This document shows positions 51,662-64,000 of a stretch of DNA of 64,000 nt, piece by piece. This DNA comes from an uncultured Trueperaceae bacterium (GTDB lineage: Bacteria > Deinococcota > Deinococci > Deinococcales > Trueperaceae). The first letter of the stretch is position 1. Every line of letters starts with the position of its first letter. The stretch is taken from NCBI GenBank assembly GCA_963727505.1, contig CAVSGP010000004.1, forward strand, positions 384,001 through 448,000, written 5' to 3'. The notes below the pieces were generated by a model. The model was not told the DNA's origin. It searched no databases and worked only from the letters and a program-made list of their open reading frames with translations. A program made the position numbers and the translations under genes.

Positions 51662-52774
51662 ATGTATCGAGCGCTGCGCCGCGCGCTCTTCCGACTCGAG
51701 CCGGAGCGCGCCCACGACGTCGTGATCGGCGGCCTCGCGTTGGCGGGCCGCAGCGTGCTGGCACGGCGCGCCCTGGAGCGCGCTTACGCCCTGCGCGACC
51801 CGCGCCTGGAGGTCGAGGTCTTCGGTCTGCGCTTCCCCTCCCCCATCGGGCTGGCTGCCGGCCTCGACAAGGACGGCGTGGCGGTGCGCTCCCTCGCCGC
51901 CCTCGGCTTCGGGCACCTCGAGCTCGGCAGCGTCACCGCGAGAGCCCAGCCCGGCAACCCGCGACCGCGCCTGTTCCGCCTCGTAGGTGACGAGGCCATC
52001 GTCAACCGCATGGGCTTCAACAACCGCGGCGCCGAGGCGATGGCGGAGAGACTGCGACGCCTGCGGGCAGCCGGCGGCGTCGACGTGCCGCTGGGGATCA
52101 ACGTGGGGAAGTCGCGGGCGGCCCCCCTGGAGGACGCCATCGACGACTACGAACGCGCGCTACGCAGCGTGTGGGCGGTCGCCGACTACCTGGCGCTCAA
52201 CGTCTCCTCGCCCAACACCCCGGGCCTGCGCCGGCTGCAGGAGCGCGGCCCGCTCGAAGCGCTGCTCGCGCTCGCAACACGCCTGCAGGACGAGCTCGGA
52301 CGCAAGCCCGTGCTGCTCAAGATCGCCCCTGACCTGACCCGCGAGCAGCTCCTCGAAGTGGCGGAGCTGGCCGAGCGCTCCGGGGCCGCCGGCCTCATCG
52401 CCACCAACACCACCGTCGCCCGCGACGGCGTACGCTCCCCGCTGGCGAGCGAGGCGGGCGGGCTGTCGGGGCGGCCTCTGGCGCCGGCGTCGCTGGCCGC
52501 GCTGCGCGTGCTACGTGGCGCCACCCGCTTGCCGCTGGTGTCGGTCGGAGGCGTGTTCGATGGAGCGGACGTGGTCGAACGGCTGGAGGCGGGCGCCACA
52601 CTGGTGCAGGTCTATACCGGCTTCATCTACCGCGGGCCGGAGATGCTGAGAAGCGCCCATCGCGACCTCCTGGCCACGCTCGATCGGCGCGGCCTGAAGC
52701 ACGTGGCAGAGCTCATGAACCGCGGCTCGTCCGCGGCCGCCACGGCACGTCCGGGCGGCCCGCGCGCGCATTGA
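51662..52774 (+). CDS. pyrD: Quinone-dependent dihydroorotate dehydrogenase
   Basis: GLAAGLDK, NRMGFNN, NVSSPNTPGLR, KIAPD, GGLSG. Confidence 0.95.
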   Translation: MYRALRRALFRLEPERAHDVVIGGLALAGRSVLARRALERAYALRDPRLEVEVFGLRFPSPIGLAAGLDKDGVAVRSLAALGFGHLELGSVTARAQPGNPRPRLFRLVGDEAIVNRMGFNNRGAEAMAERLRRLRAAGGVDVPLGINVGKSRAAPLEDAIDDYERALRSVWAVADYLALNVSSPNTPGLRRLQERGPLEALLALATRLQDELGRKPVLLKIAPDLTREQLLEVAELAERSGAAGLIATNTTVARDGVRSPLASEAGGLSGRPLAPASLAALRVLRGATRLPLVSVGGVFDGADVVERLEAGATLVQVYTGFIYRGPEMLRSAHRDLLATLDRRGLKHVAELMNRGSSAAATARPGGPRAH

Positions 52775-53291
52775 CCACGCGGGCCAGCGTGAACAGCAGG
52801 TCCGACAGGCGGTTCAGGTACCGCAGGGCGTGCGGGTTGATGGCCGCGGTCTGTGCCAGCGACACGGTATCGCGCTCGGCGCGGCGCACCACGGCCCGCG
52901 CCAGGTGGAGCGCGGCGGCCGCCTCCTCCCCACCGGGCAATACGAAGCTCGTGAGCGGCTCGAGCTCGGCGTCCAGAGCGTCGATGCGGCCCTCCAACGC
53001 GGTCACGTCCTCCTCGTCGATGGCCGTCACGACCCGACGCGCCCTGGCATCGAGCGGCGTGGCCAGATCCGCCCCCAGGTCGAACAGCGCGCTCTGCAAC
53101 GCAGCGAGCTCGCCATCGAGGGCTTCGTCGACGGTCGCCGCGCGCCGCAACGCTGCGCGCGCCACGCCCAGCACAGCGTTGGCCTCGTCGACCGTGCCGT
53201 AGGCGCGCACGCGGGCATCACTCTTGGAGACGCGATCGCCGCCGAACAGCCCGGTGTCGCCGTCGTCGCCGGTGCGGGTGTAGATCTTCAT
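52713..53291 (-). CDS. PduO-type cob(I)alamin adenosyltransferase
   Basis: MKIYTRTGDDG.T, YGTVDEAN, RRAER, YLNRLSDLLF; TATCCT 6 nt upstream. Confidence 0.92.
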   Translation of the reverse strand: MKIYTRTGDDGDTGLFGGDRVSKSDARVRAYGTVDEANAVLGVARAALRRAATVDEALDGELAALQSALFDLGADLATPLDARARRVVTAIDEEDVTALEGRIDALDAELEPLTSFVLPGGEEAAAALHLARAVVRRAERDTVSLAQTAAINPHALRYLNRLSDLLFTLARVVNARAGRPDVPWRPRTSRGS

Positions 53292-53349
53292 GGTCGCAGG
53301 ATAGCCCGCTGCGAACACTTCCGCGGCCTCGGGTAGACTGGCTGCAGCA

Positions 53350-54489
53350 ATGACCGTGATGTCGATTCTCCACACCTCCGTCCTGGGCAACGACCTCCTG
53401 CGCTGGCTCATCGGGCTGGCCGTTGCGGTAGGCAGCTACTTCACTCTGCGCACCGTCAGAGGCCTGGTGCGGCGACGCCTGGCCCGCCTCGCCGAGCGCA
53501 CCTCCTTCGCGTTCGACGACGTGGTGGTGAGCGTCCTGGGGGCCACGCACACGATCACGTTCCTGGCCGCCGCCGTCTATCTGGGCTCGCAGGCGCTCAT
53601 CGTCGGAGGCCGCGCCCACGAGATGATCGCGCGCGGCTTCGTGGTGGTCCTGCTGATCCAGTTCGCGCTGTGGGCCAACCGGGCGCTGCAAGCGCTGTTG
53701 GACCGCTATCACGCTGACGAATCGCTCGGCCCCGGAAGGCGCACGGGCCTGGCCGCCATCGGCTTCGTGGGGCGATTGGTGCTGTTCACGCTGGTGCTGC
53801 TGCTGGCACTGGAGAACCTCGGCATCCACGTGAACACACTCCTCGCGGGACTGGGCATCAGCTCGCTGGCGGTAGCGCTGGCGTTGCAGAACGTCCTCGG
53901 CGACCTCTTCGCCTCGCTGTCGATCGTGTTCGACAAACCCTTCGAGATCGGCGACTTCATCATCGTCGACCAGCACCTCGGGACCGTCGAGCACGTCGGG
54001 CTGCGCACCACGCGCATCCGCAGCCTGTCCGGCGAGCAGCTGGTGTTCTCCAACAACGACCTCATCAAGGCGCGCGTCCGCAACTTCAAGCGCATGGCCG
54101 AGCGCCGCGTGTTGTTCTCGGTGGGCGTCACCTACGACACGCCGCGCGAGAAGGTGGCGCGCATCGCGGGCACCATCCGAGGGATCGTCGAGGCCGAGGA
54201 GAAGGTGCGCTTCGACCGCAGCCACTTCAAGGAGTTCGGGGCCTTCTCGCTCAACTTCGAGACGGTGTACTGGGTGCTCGATCCCGACTACACGCTGTAC
54301 ATGGACATCCAGCAGCGCATCAACCTCGCCATCATGGACGCCTTCCAGAGCGAGGGCATCGAGTTCGCCTTCCCCACCCAGACGCTCTTCCTCGAGGGCG
54401 GCGAGAACCCGCCGGCGTTGGCGCCGGCGAGCCGCTCCGAGTGGGCGGCCGCGGCCGATGTCGGAGGCGAGGGAGCCGGCGCCCAGTGA
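53350..54489 (+). CDS. MscS-family mechanosensitive channel
   Basis: TM helices, LAGLGI..LAVALALQ, KPFEIGDFI, GLRTTRIR, GIEFAFP. Confidence 0.92.
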   Translation: MTVMSILHTSVLGNDLLRWLIGLAVAVGSYFTLRTVRGLVRRRLARLAERTSFAFDDVVVSVLGATHTITFLAAAVYLGSQALIVGGRAHEMIARGFVVVLLIQFALWANRALQALLDRYHADESLGPGRRTGLAAIGFVGRLVLFTLVLLLALENLGIHVNTLLAGLGISSLAVALALQNVLGDLFASLSIVFDKPFEIGDFIIVDQHLGTVEHVGLRTTRIRSLSGEQLVFSNNDLIKARVRNFKRMAERRVLFSVGVTYDTPREKVARIAGTIRGIVEAEEKVRFDRSHFKEFGAFSLNFETVYWVLDPDYTLYMDIQQRINLAIMDAFQSEGIEFAFPTQTLFLEGGENPPALAPASRSEWAAAADVGGEGAGAQ

Positions 54490-54496
54490 GTTCGTC

Positions 54497-56092
54497 CTAG
54501 TCAGTCGACCCGGGCGGTCTGGCGACCGAAGCCGGGCGCGTCGGCGGGCCGGCGCCCTCGGTCGCCGGCACCATGGCCAGGGCGGCGTTCGCCGCATTCC
54601 GACCCGACAGCAGCGCCAGCGGGATGCCCCCGCCAGGATGCACCGTGCCGCCAGCCAGGATCAGGTTCGTCACGCCGCGCACACGCGGGGCGGGCCGCAA
54701 CGCGCTCAGCAGTCCGGTCGGAGCGGGCCCGTAGATGCTTCCCCGGTGGCCCGTGGCGGAGAGCTGGCGAGGACCCACCAGGCGCCAGCCGCGCACGCGT
54801 TCCGGCCGGAGTCCGGCCCGCGCACACAGGGCGCCCAGCACGTGCGCCGCATAGGCGGTCTCGGCCGCAGTCGCCGGCCCGCCGTCGACGTCCCGGAGCG
54901 AAAGTAGCGCTCGGGGCGGCGTAGGATCGCTTCGAAGGCCGTCGGGCAGAGCGGCCGCCAGCGGATCCTGCGGGGGGTCCGAAGCGTCGGCCTCGGGCAG
55001 GGGCGGCACGTTCACCATCACGAACCAGTTCTCGTGCCCCGCGGGCGCGTCGTCGGCGTCACTGCGGGCGCTGACGCTCAGATAGAGGGTGGGATCGCCC
55101 GGGAGGCGGCCCGCGCGCAGCGCCGCGAACTCCGCCGGGTAGGCATGGGGGAAGAGCACCGTGTGGTGAGCGCCCTCCCGCTCCGCGCCCGCAACGCCGA
55201 GCAGCAGCACGAAGCCCGACGAGCTCGCGGCTGCGCGGGGACGCGGCACGTCCCTGCCGACGAGGCGATGGGAGACCACGCGGTCCGCGGCACTCACCAC
55301 GGCATCGACCTCGAGAACGCCGTCCGAGGTGCGGACGGCACGCACCCGGCCGCGTTCGACGACGAGCCCCTCGACCGCGACCCCCGTCTCGAGGCGCGCG
55401 CCCCGAGCCTGCGCCTCCGTTGCCAGCGCGCGCACCAGCGTCCCCACCCCGCCCCTCAGGTGGACCGTCCCGAGCCCCAGCTCGGCCCAGGCGATGTTCA
55501 GGAGCACCGCCGGCGCACGGTAGGGATCGGCACCAGCGTAGGTCGCGAAGCGCAGGAAGAACGCCTCCAGATCCGCGTCCGCCCCGCGACGACGGACGTG
55601 CTGCGCCATGGAGCGCAACGGGTAGGCGCGCCTGCCGTGGGCCAGCCCGTAGCGAAGGAGCGCCGCCAGCCCAGGCTCGGGACCGTACACGAAGGTGGGT
55701 GCAGCGTCCTCGAAGAGGTGCCGGGCGTCATCGAGCAGCTCGGCGTAGGCGCGCCTCTGCCCGGCGGGCAGCCCCGCCAGCGTCCGGTCGGCGTCCCGGT
55801 GCACGTCCCACGTCCGGCCCGATGGCAACCGGTAGCGCGTCAGCGGGTCGAGTGCCGCCATCGATGGTGGGGTCGCACCCACCTCGGTGAAGGTCCGGGC
55901 GAGGACGTCGGGCAGCGTCACCACGGTGGGACCGGTGTCGAAACGGTAGCCGTCCAGCCGGAGCTCGTGCGCCTTGCCTCCGAGATGGCGCGCTCGCTCG
56001 AACAGCACAACCTCCACGCCGCGCGACGCCAATCGGAGCGCCGCCGACAGGCCGGCCAGGCCGCCCCCGACGACGGCGACGCGCGAGCTCAC
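54497..56092 (-). CDS. Phytoene desaturase-family carotenoid desaturase (CrtD-like)
   Basis: [37 protein letters not shown] overlap; exact function inferred from context. Confidence 0.8.
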   Translation of the reverse strand: MSSRVAVVGGGLAGLSAALRLASRGVEVVLFERARHLGGKAHELRLDGYRFDTGPTVVTLPDVLARTFTEVGATPPSMAALDPLTRYRLPSGRTWDVHRDADRTLAGLPAGQRRAYAELLDDARHLFEDAAPTFVYGPEPGLAALLRYGLAHGRRAYPLRSMAQHVRRRGADADLEAFFLRFATYAGADPYRAPAVLLNIAWAELGLGTVHLRGGVGTLVRALATEAQARGARLETGVAVEGLVVERGRVRAVRTSDGVLEVDAVVSAADRVVSHRLVGRDVPRPRAAASSSGFVLLLGVAGAEREGAHHTVLFPHAYPAEFAALRAGRLPGDPTLYLSVSARSDADDAPAGHENWFVMVNVPPLPEADASDPPQDPLAAALPDGLRSDPTPPRALLSLRDVDGGPATAAETAYAAHVLGALCARAGLRPERVRGWRLVGPRQLSATGHRGSIYGPAPTGLLSALRPAPRVRGVTNLILAGGTVHPGGGIPLALLSGRNAANAALAMVPATEGAGPPTRPASVARPPGSTD

Positions 56093-57207
56093 GGGTAGCG
56101 CCGCGCCTTCCAGACCACACCGCTGCGCGTCAGCGCCCGTCCGGCGATGAGGGCCAATGCCAGCGGCGCCAGCGCCTGCAGCGGCGTGTCCCACGGGTCG
56201 CGACCGGCCTTGCGCTCGCTCCCGTAGCGCAGCGCCAGCGATAGCGCGCCGACCACCAGCCAGCGCGCGTCGAGCAGCGCCAGCGGCCAGCACAGGCTGT
56301 GCGCCAACAGGTTGAGGCCCACCAGCGCCGCCAGCGCGGCGCGCCGTCCTCCGACCGCCGCCAGCACGTTCTTGCCGAACCCTTCCATCACGCCCTGCCA
56401 CGAGCGGTACATGCGGGTCTCGAGCAGCGGCGCGCCGAGCCGGAGCGACAACCGCAACCCCAGCCCCTTGGCGCGCCGAGCCAGCGCCATGTCCTCGAGC
56501 ACCTCGGTCCTCACAGAAGCGTGACCGCCGACGCGGGCGTAGGCCCCACGGCGCCAGGCCATCAGTTGCCCGTTCGCCGCCGCGAGCGAGGCCTGCGGCA
56601 ACGCCGCGGCCAGCGGCCAGGGCAGGGCGCCCAGCAACAGCAGGTCGAGCTGCGGCACGGCCACCCGCTCGCCCAGGCCGACCGTGCGCTGCCGTGGCCA
56701 GGCGGTCACCAGGTCGGCGCGCGCCTCGCGCAACACCGCCAGCACCGCGTCCAGCGAGCCGGGCCGCCAGTGCACGTCGGCGTCGGTGAAGACCAGGACC
56801 TCCCCGCGGGCGGCGGCCGCAAGTTGCGTACAGGCCCAGCTCTTGCCGATCCAGCCGGCCGGCAAGGGCAGGCCCGTCAACACCCGCAACTCCGGATGCC
56901 TGGCCGCGATCGCGGCCAGGATGGCGGCGGTGCCGTCGGTCGAGCCGTCGTCGAGCACCACCACCTCCCCCGCGCCCTGCGCCAGCAGCGCGGGCAGCGT
57001 CTCGGGCAGGTTGATGGCCTCGTCGCGCGCCGGCACCAACAGGGAGGTGCGGGCACGCAGTGCGCGGTCCGCGGGAGCGGGGCGCAGGTGGGGGAAGCTG
57101 ACGGCGTTCACCGCAAGAACGACGAGCTGCGCCCCCAGGAAGGCCAGCGCCAACACCCAGCCCACCGTCAAGACGAGCGTCGAGACGACCGGCCAGGCCA
57201 CTGTCAT
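56089..57207 (-). CDS. Carotenoid glycosyltransferase (GT2, CruC-like)
   Basis: VPARDE, DDGSTD, GW.GK..AC, FTDAD, ANGQ, LEDM, RMY; ATGA overlap. Confidence 0.85.
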   Translation of the reverse strand: MTVAWPVVSTLVLTVGWVLALAFLGAQLVVLAVNAVSFPHLRPAPADRALRARTSLLVPARDEAINLPETLPALLAQGAGEVVVLDDGSTDGTAAILAAIAARHPELRVLTGLPLPAGWIGKSWACTQLAAAARGEVLVFTDADVHWRPGSLDAVLAVLREARADLVTAWPRQRTVGLGERVAVPQLDLLLLGALPWPLAAALPQASLAAANGQLMAWRRGAYARVGGHASVRTEVLEDMALARRAKGLGLRLSLRLGAPLLETRMYRSWQGVMEGFGKNVLAAVGGRRAALAALVGLNLLAHSLCWPLALLDARWLVVGALSLALRYGSERKAGRDPWDTPLQALAPLALALIAGRALTRSGVVWKARRYP

Positions 57208-59475
57208 CCCGCTTCCCGCCCCCACAGGCGCACGCCCCAGGCGAGCCTGCGATCGGTCGAGGCCCGACCGGACAGCCACCGGGTGTAGCCCGCAGGGGGC
57301 GCTTCCGGGTCGGCGGCCGCCAGATCGGCGTCCAGGCTCCGCACCAGCACGTCCAGCGCGTCGGCGAGCGCGCGCTCCAGGTCGGGCGCGTCGGGAGCGA
57401 GGGCGGCACCGAAGCGCAGGAACGCCTCCGGGCGCTGCTGTCCGCGCACGGATACCCGAACGGCGACGGGGACGAGCGGCCGCCTCGCGCGGTTGGCGAG
57501 GAACGCCGCGCCGGGCGCCAGCGCCGCCGGTGGGCCCGACGGCCGCAGCGCCGCCTCGGGGAACACCGCTACCAGGTGCCCCGCCGCCAGCCGTCTCAGA
57601 GCCTCGCGCAGCTCCTGCGCGCCGATGGCGCCCTGGCGCCGGAGGAAGGGGAAGCGCCCGAGCTGGGCCTCGTTCATCAAGACGGTGAAGGGTCGGCGCC
57701 GGCGCCGCGCCAGCAGATAGAGCAGGTAGCCGTCCCACCAGGAGTGGTGGTTCGCCGCCAGGACCACGCCATCTCCTGGCAGCGCTCCCTCGTCGCGCGC
57801 CCACACTCCGACGAGTCCGCGCCGGAGCGAGCGCGCCACGATCCCAGGGATCGTCCAGCCGATCCCGACCGTCAGCGCACGGGCCAGGACGGACCGCAGG
57901 CGCCGCCCCCCGAGGGTACCCGCGACCACGGCCGTCATCGCCGCGGCAGCGAGGAACCCGGCGATCGGGAGGCCGACCAGCGCCAGGCCCGCGCCGATGA
58001 AGGCGGCCTGCGACAGATAGACGGTGCGCGCCTCGGCCGGCCGGCCCGTGCCGAGCCCGGGAGCGATGCGAAGCAGCAGCGCCGCCAGCCCGGCCCCGGC
58101 CAGGGCCCAGCCCAAGAAGTTCTGCAGCGGGACGCCGAAGTAGGCGCCGGCGGGCTCGAAGCGCCATAGCCCCTGGCGCACCATCAGCGGATCGAGCCCG
58201 GCGTCCCACGCCACCAGCGCCCCTACCGCCCCCCACCAGCGGCGCCGGCCGGGGACGAGCTGCACCGCGAGGACCGTGAACGTGAACCAGCCGAGCGGCA
58301 CCAGCAGGGGGACGCCAAGCAGGGCGGGCCCCGCAGCGAGGTAGCGGTAGGGACCGAAGGGCAGGCCGGTGCGGCTGCCGAGCAGCTCGACCGCCCACCC
58401 GAAGGCCAGGGCCACGGCCGCCGCCGGGATCGCGCGCGGACCGGCCCGCTCGAGCGCCAGCCCGAACACGCCGGCGGCAAGCAGGCCGGTGCTCAGGTAG
58501 GCGAGCGGAACGAAGGCCGTGGCGCCCAGAAGTGGGACCGCGATCATGGCGAGCGCCCAGGCCATCAGCGCGACCCGCCACCAGCGCCGCGGCCGAGCCC
58601 CCCGAGTCCCGGGGACCCGTGCTCCCTTCGTGCGCGGTTCCGCGCCACCGACCCTGCTGGCGCCCAACGGACCGCGGCGACTCCGCCACAGCGCACGCAG
58701 GCGCGCCTGCTTCAGGCGCGCCTGAAGCGCTTGCCATCGGGCGGGAGAGCGCTCGTCGAGCACCAGCGTGAGCCCCAGGGTGATCATCAGGTTCGTCGCG
58801 AGGAAGAACACGCCCTCCTCCAGCGGCAGCCCGCCGAGGTGGACGCCGGTCGTCGCCGCCGGGGAGATGGACCAGATGCCGCGTGCCAGGGCGAAGCGAT
58901 CGGCCAGCGAGAGGTAGAGCGTGACGGGCAGCGCCACGGCGAGCAGCAGCCACCAGCGGCGCGCCAGCAGGTCGCCGCCGAAGCCCCATTGCAGCGCCAG
59001 AACGGGACCGGCCCACACCAGCACCAGGCCCAGGTAGAGCCCGTGCGGGAAGGCCAGCAGCAGCGCCCCCGCCGCCCCCACGGCACCGAACGCGACGGCG
59101 CCCGCCGTCCGTACAGCCCGGCCCCGGCCCGGGAAGTCCGCGCTGCCAGCGGTGTCGGGCGGGCGGCGACAGGGCGGGCCGCCACAGCGCAGCCAGCCAC
59201 AGCCCCGTCAGCAGCGTTTGCAGCACGAAGAAGAGGTACTCCTCGATGGGCACGTAGCCCAGCGCGAACCATACGCGCCCCGGCGGGTAGCTCCATACAC
59301 CGCGCGCCACCAGGAAGTTGTCCCAGGGCGTGGTGTAGACCAGGGCGATGGCCACCATCGCCGCCAGGGCGGGACCCAGCCTCCGGGGCGCGGACGCCCG
59401 CCGGGAGCGGTGGTATGCGAGCAGCGCGAGCAACGGGGGCACCACGAACAGCAGGTGGAAGGTCAGGTAGGTCAT
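57204..59475 (-). CDS. Fusion of CrtYcd-type lycopene cyclase, CruF-type 1,2-hydratase and acyltransferase, with a +1 frameshift near 59115-59200
   Basis: Cyclase repeat 1 ([18 protein letters not shown]) in one frame; repeat 2 (D..A...GIW..PLEE..FF), CruF ([28 protein letters not shown]) and acyltransferase (NHHSWWD, FPE) in the next frame. Confidence 0.75.
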
Positions 59476-59482
59476 CGGGGGA

Positions 59483-61039
<1,557 letters not shown>

Positions 61040-61094
61040 CGACCCGTCCCGCCCTCACCGGCGCCGACGCCGGGCTGCGGGCCGCGCCCGCGCC

Positions 61095-62072
61095 TCACGG
61101 CGCCTGCACCAGAGCGAGCAGCGCCCGCGGCAATGTCGCCAGCCGCTCCACGCCGCGCAGGTGCGCCCGGCGGCTCAGGTTGTCGTAGCCGTTCGCCCGC
61201 AGCTTGCCGAGGATGGCCTGGTAGTTGAGCGCCGCGAGCGCCACGGCCGCGGCCGAGAGCCCTCGCAGCCGGGGGATGCCCTCCCAGGCCTCGCGGTAGA
61301 GCTCGTCTGCGCGCGCGGCCAGCTCCTCGAGCAAGCCACGGTAGGCGGCATCCACCCGGCCGCGCTGCAGTGCCTGGACGGAGACCCCGTGACGTTGCAG
61401 CAGCGTGCGAGGAAGGTAGCAGCGCCCCAGGCGCAGGTCCTCGCCGACGTCGCGAAGGATGTTGGTGAGCTGCATCGCCTGGCCCAGCGCCACGGCCCGC
61501 GCGAGCGTGTCCTCCCCACCTCGGTAACCTGCGATCGGCGCCACCAGCAGACCCACCACCCCCGCGACGCGGTAGCAGTAGGCCATGAGCTCGTCGTCGT
61601 CGGCCAGGACGTGCACGCGGCCTTCAGCCGCCGTCTCCTCCCAGGAGAGGTCCTGCTCCAACCCGCGCCGGAGCTCCTCGAAGGCCTGCAGCGGCAGAGG
61701 GTAGCGCTCCAAGACCCAGCGCAGGCCCACTTCGACCGGCGCCGAGGGATCCGGCGTGCCCGCGTAGGCGCGGGCCACGCCCGCCCACCAGGTCTCGAGC
61801 CTTCGGCGCGCCTCGCCGGGCGAGGGCGCTGCGTCGACCGCGTCGTCGCCGGTGCGGCACACGGCGTAGACGACGGTCGCGGCCTCGCGGGCTCCGGGAG
61901 CGAACAGCCTGGAAGCCAGGAAGAAGGTGCTCGAGTGCCTGCGGGTGATGGCGCGGCAACCGGCGAACGCCGCGCGCAGCGCGGGGTCCGTGCCCCGCCG
62001 CCTCCGCCGAAGCGCTGAACGCCGTCCGCGAGCGGACGCTCCCCACCCGAATCCCAGTCCCGGTTCGACCAT
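61095..62072 (-). CDS. crtB: Phytoene synthase
   Basis: HSSTF, DDAVD, YCYRVAGVVG, AMQLTNILRDVGED, GRCYLP; TAGCTT 6 nt upstream. Confidence 0.92.
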   Translation of the reverse strand: MVEPGLGFGWGASARGRRSALRRRRRGTDPALRAAFAGCRAITRRHSSTFFLASRLFAPGAREAATVVYAVCRTGDDAVDAAPSPGEARRRLETWWAGVARAYAGTPDPSAPVEVGLRWVLERYPLPLQAFEELRRGLEQDLSWEETAAEGRVHVLADDDELMAYCYRVAGVVGLLVAPIAGYRGGEDTLARAVALGQAMQLTNILRDVGEDLRLGRCYLPRTLLQRHGVSVQALQRGRVDAAYRGLLEELAARADELYREAWEGIPRLRGLSAAAVALAALNYQAILGKLRANGYDNLSRRAHLRGVERLATLPRALLALVQAP

Positions 62073-62147
62073 GCGCCAAAGCTAGCGCGGGTCCGCGTCT
62101 GCCAATAGGAGCGGGAACCAAATCCCGCCGGAGGCTCGTCGGCGGGG

Positions 62148-63365
62148 TCAGGTCCGGGCGAAGCGCCGCTCGACGTACTCGTCGAGCATGCGGTTGAAGT
62201 CCTCCACGATGGTGTCGCCCTGCAGGGTGCCGACCAGCTTGCCGTCACGGTAGACCGGCGCCCGTGGGGTCTCGCCGGTGCCGGGCAGGCTGATCCCGAT
62301 ATCGGCGTGCTTCGACTCCCCCGGACCGTTCACGACGCACCCCATCACCGCCACCCGGAGCTCCTCGACCCCGGGGTAGCGCTCGCGCCACGACGGCATC
62401 TGGGCACGCAGGTAGGCCTGGATATCGCGCGCCATCTCCTGGAAAAGGGTGCTGGTGGTGCGGCCGCAACCGGGGCAGGCGGTCACCGTCGGCGCGAAGC
62501 TCCGCAGACCGAGCGCCTGCAGGATCTCCTGGGCGATCTCGACCTCCCGCTCGCGCGGCGCGCCGGGATCGGGCGTGAGCGACACCCGGATGGTGTCCCC
62601 GATGCCCTCGGCGAGGAGCGCGCTGAGCGCCGCGCTGCTCGACACCGCCCCCTTGACGCCCATGCCGGCCTCCGTGAGGCCGAGATGCAACGGGTAATCG
62701 CAACGCGCCGCCAGCTTGCGGTAGACGTCCCACAGGGCCCGAACACCCGATACCTTGGCGCTCAGGATGATGGCGTCGTGCGGCAGGCCCCGCTCCTCGG
62801 CGAGCTCGGCCGACAGCAGCGCCGACTGCAGCATCGCCTCCACCAGGACCTCGCTGGCGTCCCACGGGTCGTGGCGCCGGGCGTTCTCGTCCATCAGGCG
62901 GGTGAGCAGGTCCGAGTCGAGCGAGCCCCAGTTGACGCCGATGCGCACCGACTTGGCGTGCTCGCGAGCGACGTCGATGATGGCGAGGAAGTTGTCGTCG
63001 CGACGCTTCCCCACCCCGACGTTGCCCGGGTTGATGCGGTACTTGTCCAGCAGCTCCGCGGCCGCGGGGTGCGCCGTCAACAACTTGTGGCCGTTGTAGT
63101 GGAAGTCGCCCACCAGCGGCACCTCGACGCCCGCATCCTGCAGGCGCGCGCGGACCTCCGGGAGCGCCTCCGCAGCCGCGTCGTTGTTGACCGTCACGCG
63201 CACGATCTCGCTGCCGGCGCGGGCCAGCGTCGCCACCTGCTCGGCGGTAGCCGCCGCGTCGGCGGTGTCGGTGTTGGTCATGGACTGGACGACCACGGGG
63301 TGATCGCCGCCGACCGGGACGGACCCGACGCGGACCGTGGGAGTATGTCGGCGCGTGCTGCTCAT
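62148..63365 (-). CDS. ispG: HMBPP synthase
   Basis: [45 protein letters not shown]. Confidence 0.96.
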   Translation of the reverse strand: MSSTRRHTPTVRVGSVPVGGDHPVVVQSMTNTDTADAAATAEQVATLARAGSEIVRVTVNNDAAAEALPEVRARLQDAGVEVPLVGDFHYNGHKLLTAHPAAAELLDKYRINPGNVGVGKRRDDNFLAIIDVAREHAKSVRIGVNWGSLDSDLLTRLMDENARRHDPWDASEVLVEAMLQSALLSAELAEERGLPHDAIILSAKVSGVRALWDVYRKLAARCDYPLHLGLTEAGMGVKGAVSSSAALSALLAEGIGDTIRVSLTPDPGAPREREVEIAQEILQALGLRSFAPTVTACPGCGRTTSTLFQEMARDIQAYLRAQMPSWRERYPGVEELRVAVMGCVVNGPGESKHADIGISLPGTGETPRAPVYRDGKLVGTLQGDTIVEDFNRMLDEYVERRFART

Positions 63366-63440
63366 CGGTTCAGTCTACCGGCGTCCGGCGCGCGCCCTGT
63401 GGTCCGCACGCCACCATCGCGCGCCTCGGCACGTGGCCCT

Positions 63441-64000
63441 TCACGCCTCCCCCGACTCGTCCCGGATACGCTCCAACACCTCGGGCAGCAACGTTCGCGT
63501 GGTGCTGATGGCCTCGCCGCCATGGATGGTCTCGCGGCCCGACCAGTCTCCGAAGTAGCCGCCCGCCTCGGGCAGGATGATCCCGAAGGGGCCGCAATCC
63601 CAGGGGTTCATGACGGGATCGAGCATGAGCTCGAGCCGTCCGCTGGCCACCAGCGCGTGCCCGTAGGCATCGCCCCAGCCGACGGCCGCGTAGCTGGCGG
63701 CCTGCAGCCTCTGCCACGCGCCCTCCCGGCCGTGCCGCGCGAAGCTTCCGGGGTCGGTGCAGGAGACGAAGGCGCGCTCCAGCGACGGCGTGGCCGCCAC
63801 CCGGATGCGCCGCCCGTCGAGGAAGGCGCCGCGCCCGCGCGCCGCGAAGACCATCTCGTCGAGAGCCGGGAAGTACGCGGCGCCCACGTCGATGCGGCCC
63901 TCGACCTCGAGAGCGATGAGCACGGCGTAGAGCGGCACGCCTCGCAGGAAGCTCTTGGTCCCGTCGATCGGATCCACCCACCAGCTCCGTCCGCTACGGG
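63441..64000 (-). CDS. Inositol monophosphatase-family protein (possible histidinol-phosphatase), 5' end outside window
   Basis: WWVDPIDGTKSF, GD.YG..LVA.G, WD..P...I..EAGG. Confidence 0.85.
   Translation of the reverse strand, partial: RSGRSWWVDPIDGTKSFLRGVPLYAVLIALEVEGRIDVGAAYFPALDEMVFAARGRGAFLDGRRIRVAATPSLERAFVSCTDPGSFARHGREGAWQRLQAASYAAVGWGDAYGHALVASGRLELMLDPVMNPWDCGPFGIILPEAGGYFGDWSGRETIHGGEAISTTRTLLPEVLERIRDESGEA

Noticed and set aside
54497..57409. 970-aa desaturase ORF
   Set aside because: Homology begins at GTG 56092; the upstream part is an off-frame shadow of the glycosyltransferase.
58697..58728. Twin palindromes around CAGGCGCGCCTG in the fusion linker
   Set aside because: Explained by a 15-nt in-frame duplication ([10 protein letters not shown]) in GC-rich coding sequence.
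56089..59475. 1128-aa track ORF as one protein
   Set aside because: Its middle is Arg/Gly/Pro-rich off-frame text overlapping the real CruF and acyltransferase frame; the glycosyltransferase has its own ATGA-coupled start at 57207.

Overview
Very GC-rich, gene-dense chromosomal segment, most consistent with a Deinococcota (Trueperaceae-like) bacterium; this taxonomy is inferred from gene content and promoter style. I see about 65 protein-coding genes and no tRNA, rRNA, CRISPR array, phage or IS element. Housekeeping genes: prfB with a programmed +1 frameshift, infC-rpmI-rplT, cdaA-cdaR-def-fmt-der, holB, rnhB, truD, typA, scpA, hisD, pyrD, glgP, pgl. Also present are futalosine-route menaquinone genes (mqnP, mqnD, menG/ubiE), MEP genes (dxr, ispG), a split B12-dependent acyl-CoA mutase with isobutyryl-CoA-mutase signature residues, and a carotenoid cluster (crtB, crtO-like, a frameshifted cyclase-CruF-acyltransferase fusion, a glycosyltransferase, a crtD-like desaturase). 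Most notable signals: (1) an apparent leader-peptide/attenuator switch with mutually exclusive hairpins upstream of a coiled-coil C4 zinc-ribbon gene (20179-20260); (2) the multi-enzyme carotenoid fusion broken by a +1 frameshift; (3) pervasive leaderless TAnnnT promoters; (4) non-canonical starts (holB CTG, infC ATA); (5) CarH-like 11-bp phased repeats upstream of a fasciclin gene. All calls come from reading motifs by eye; no database searches were run.
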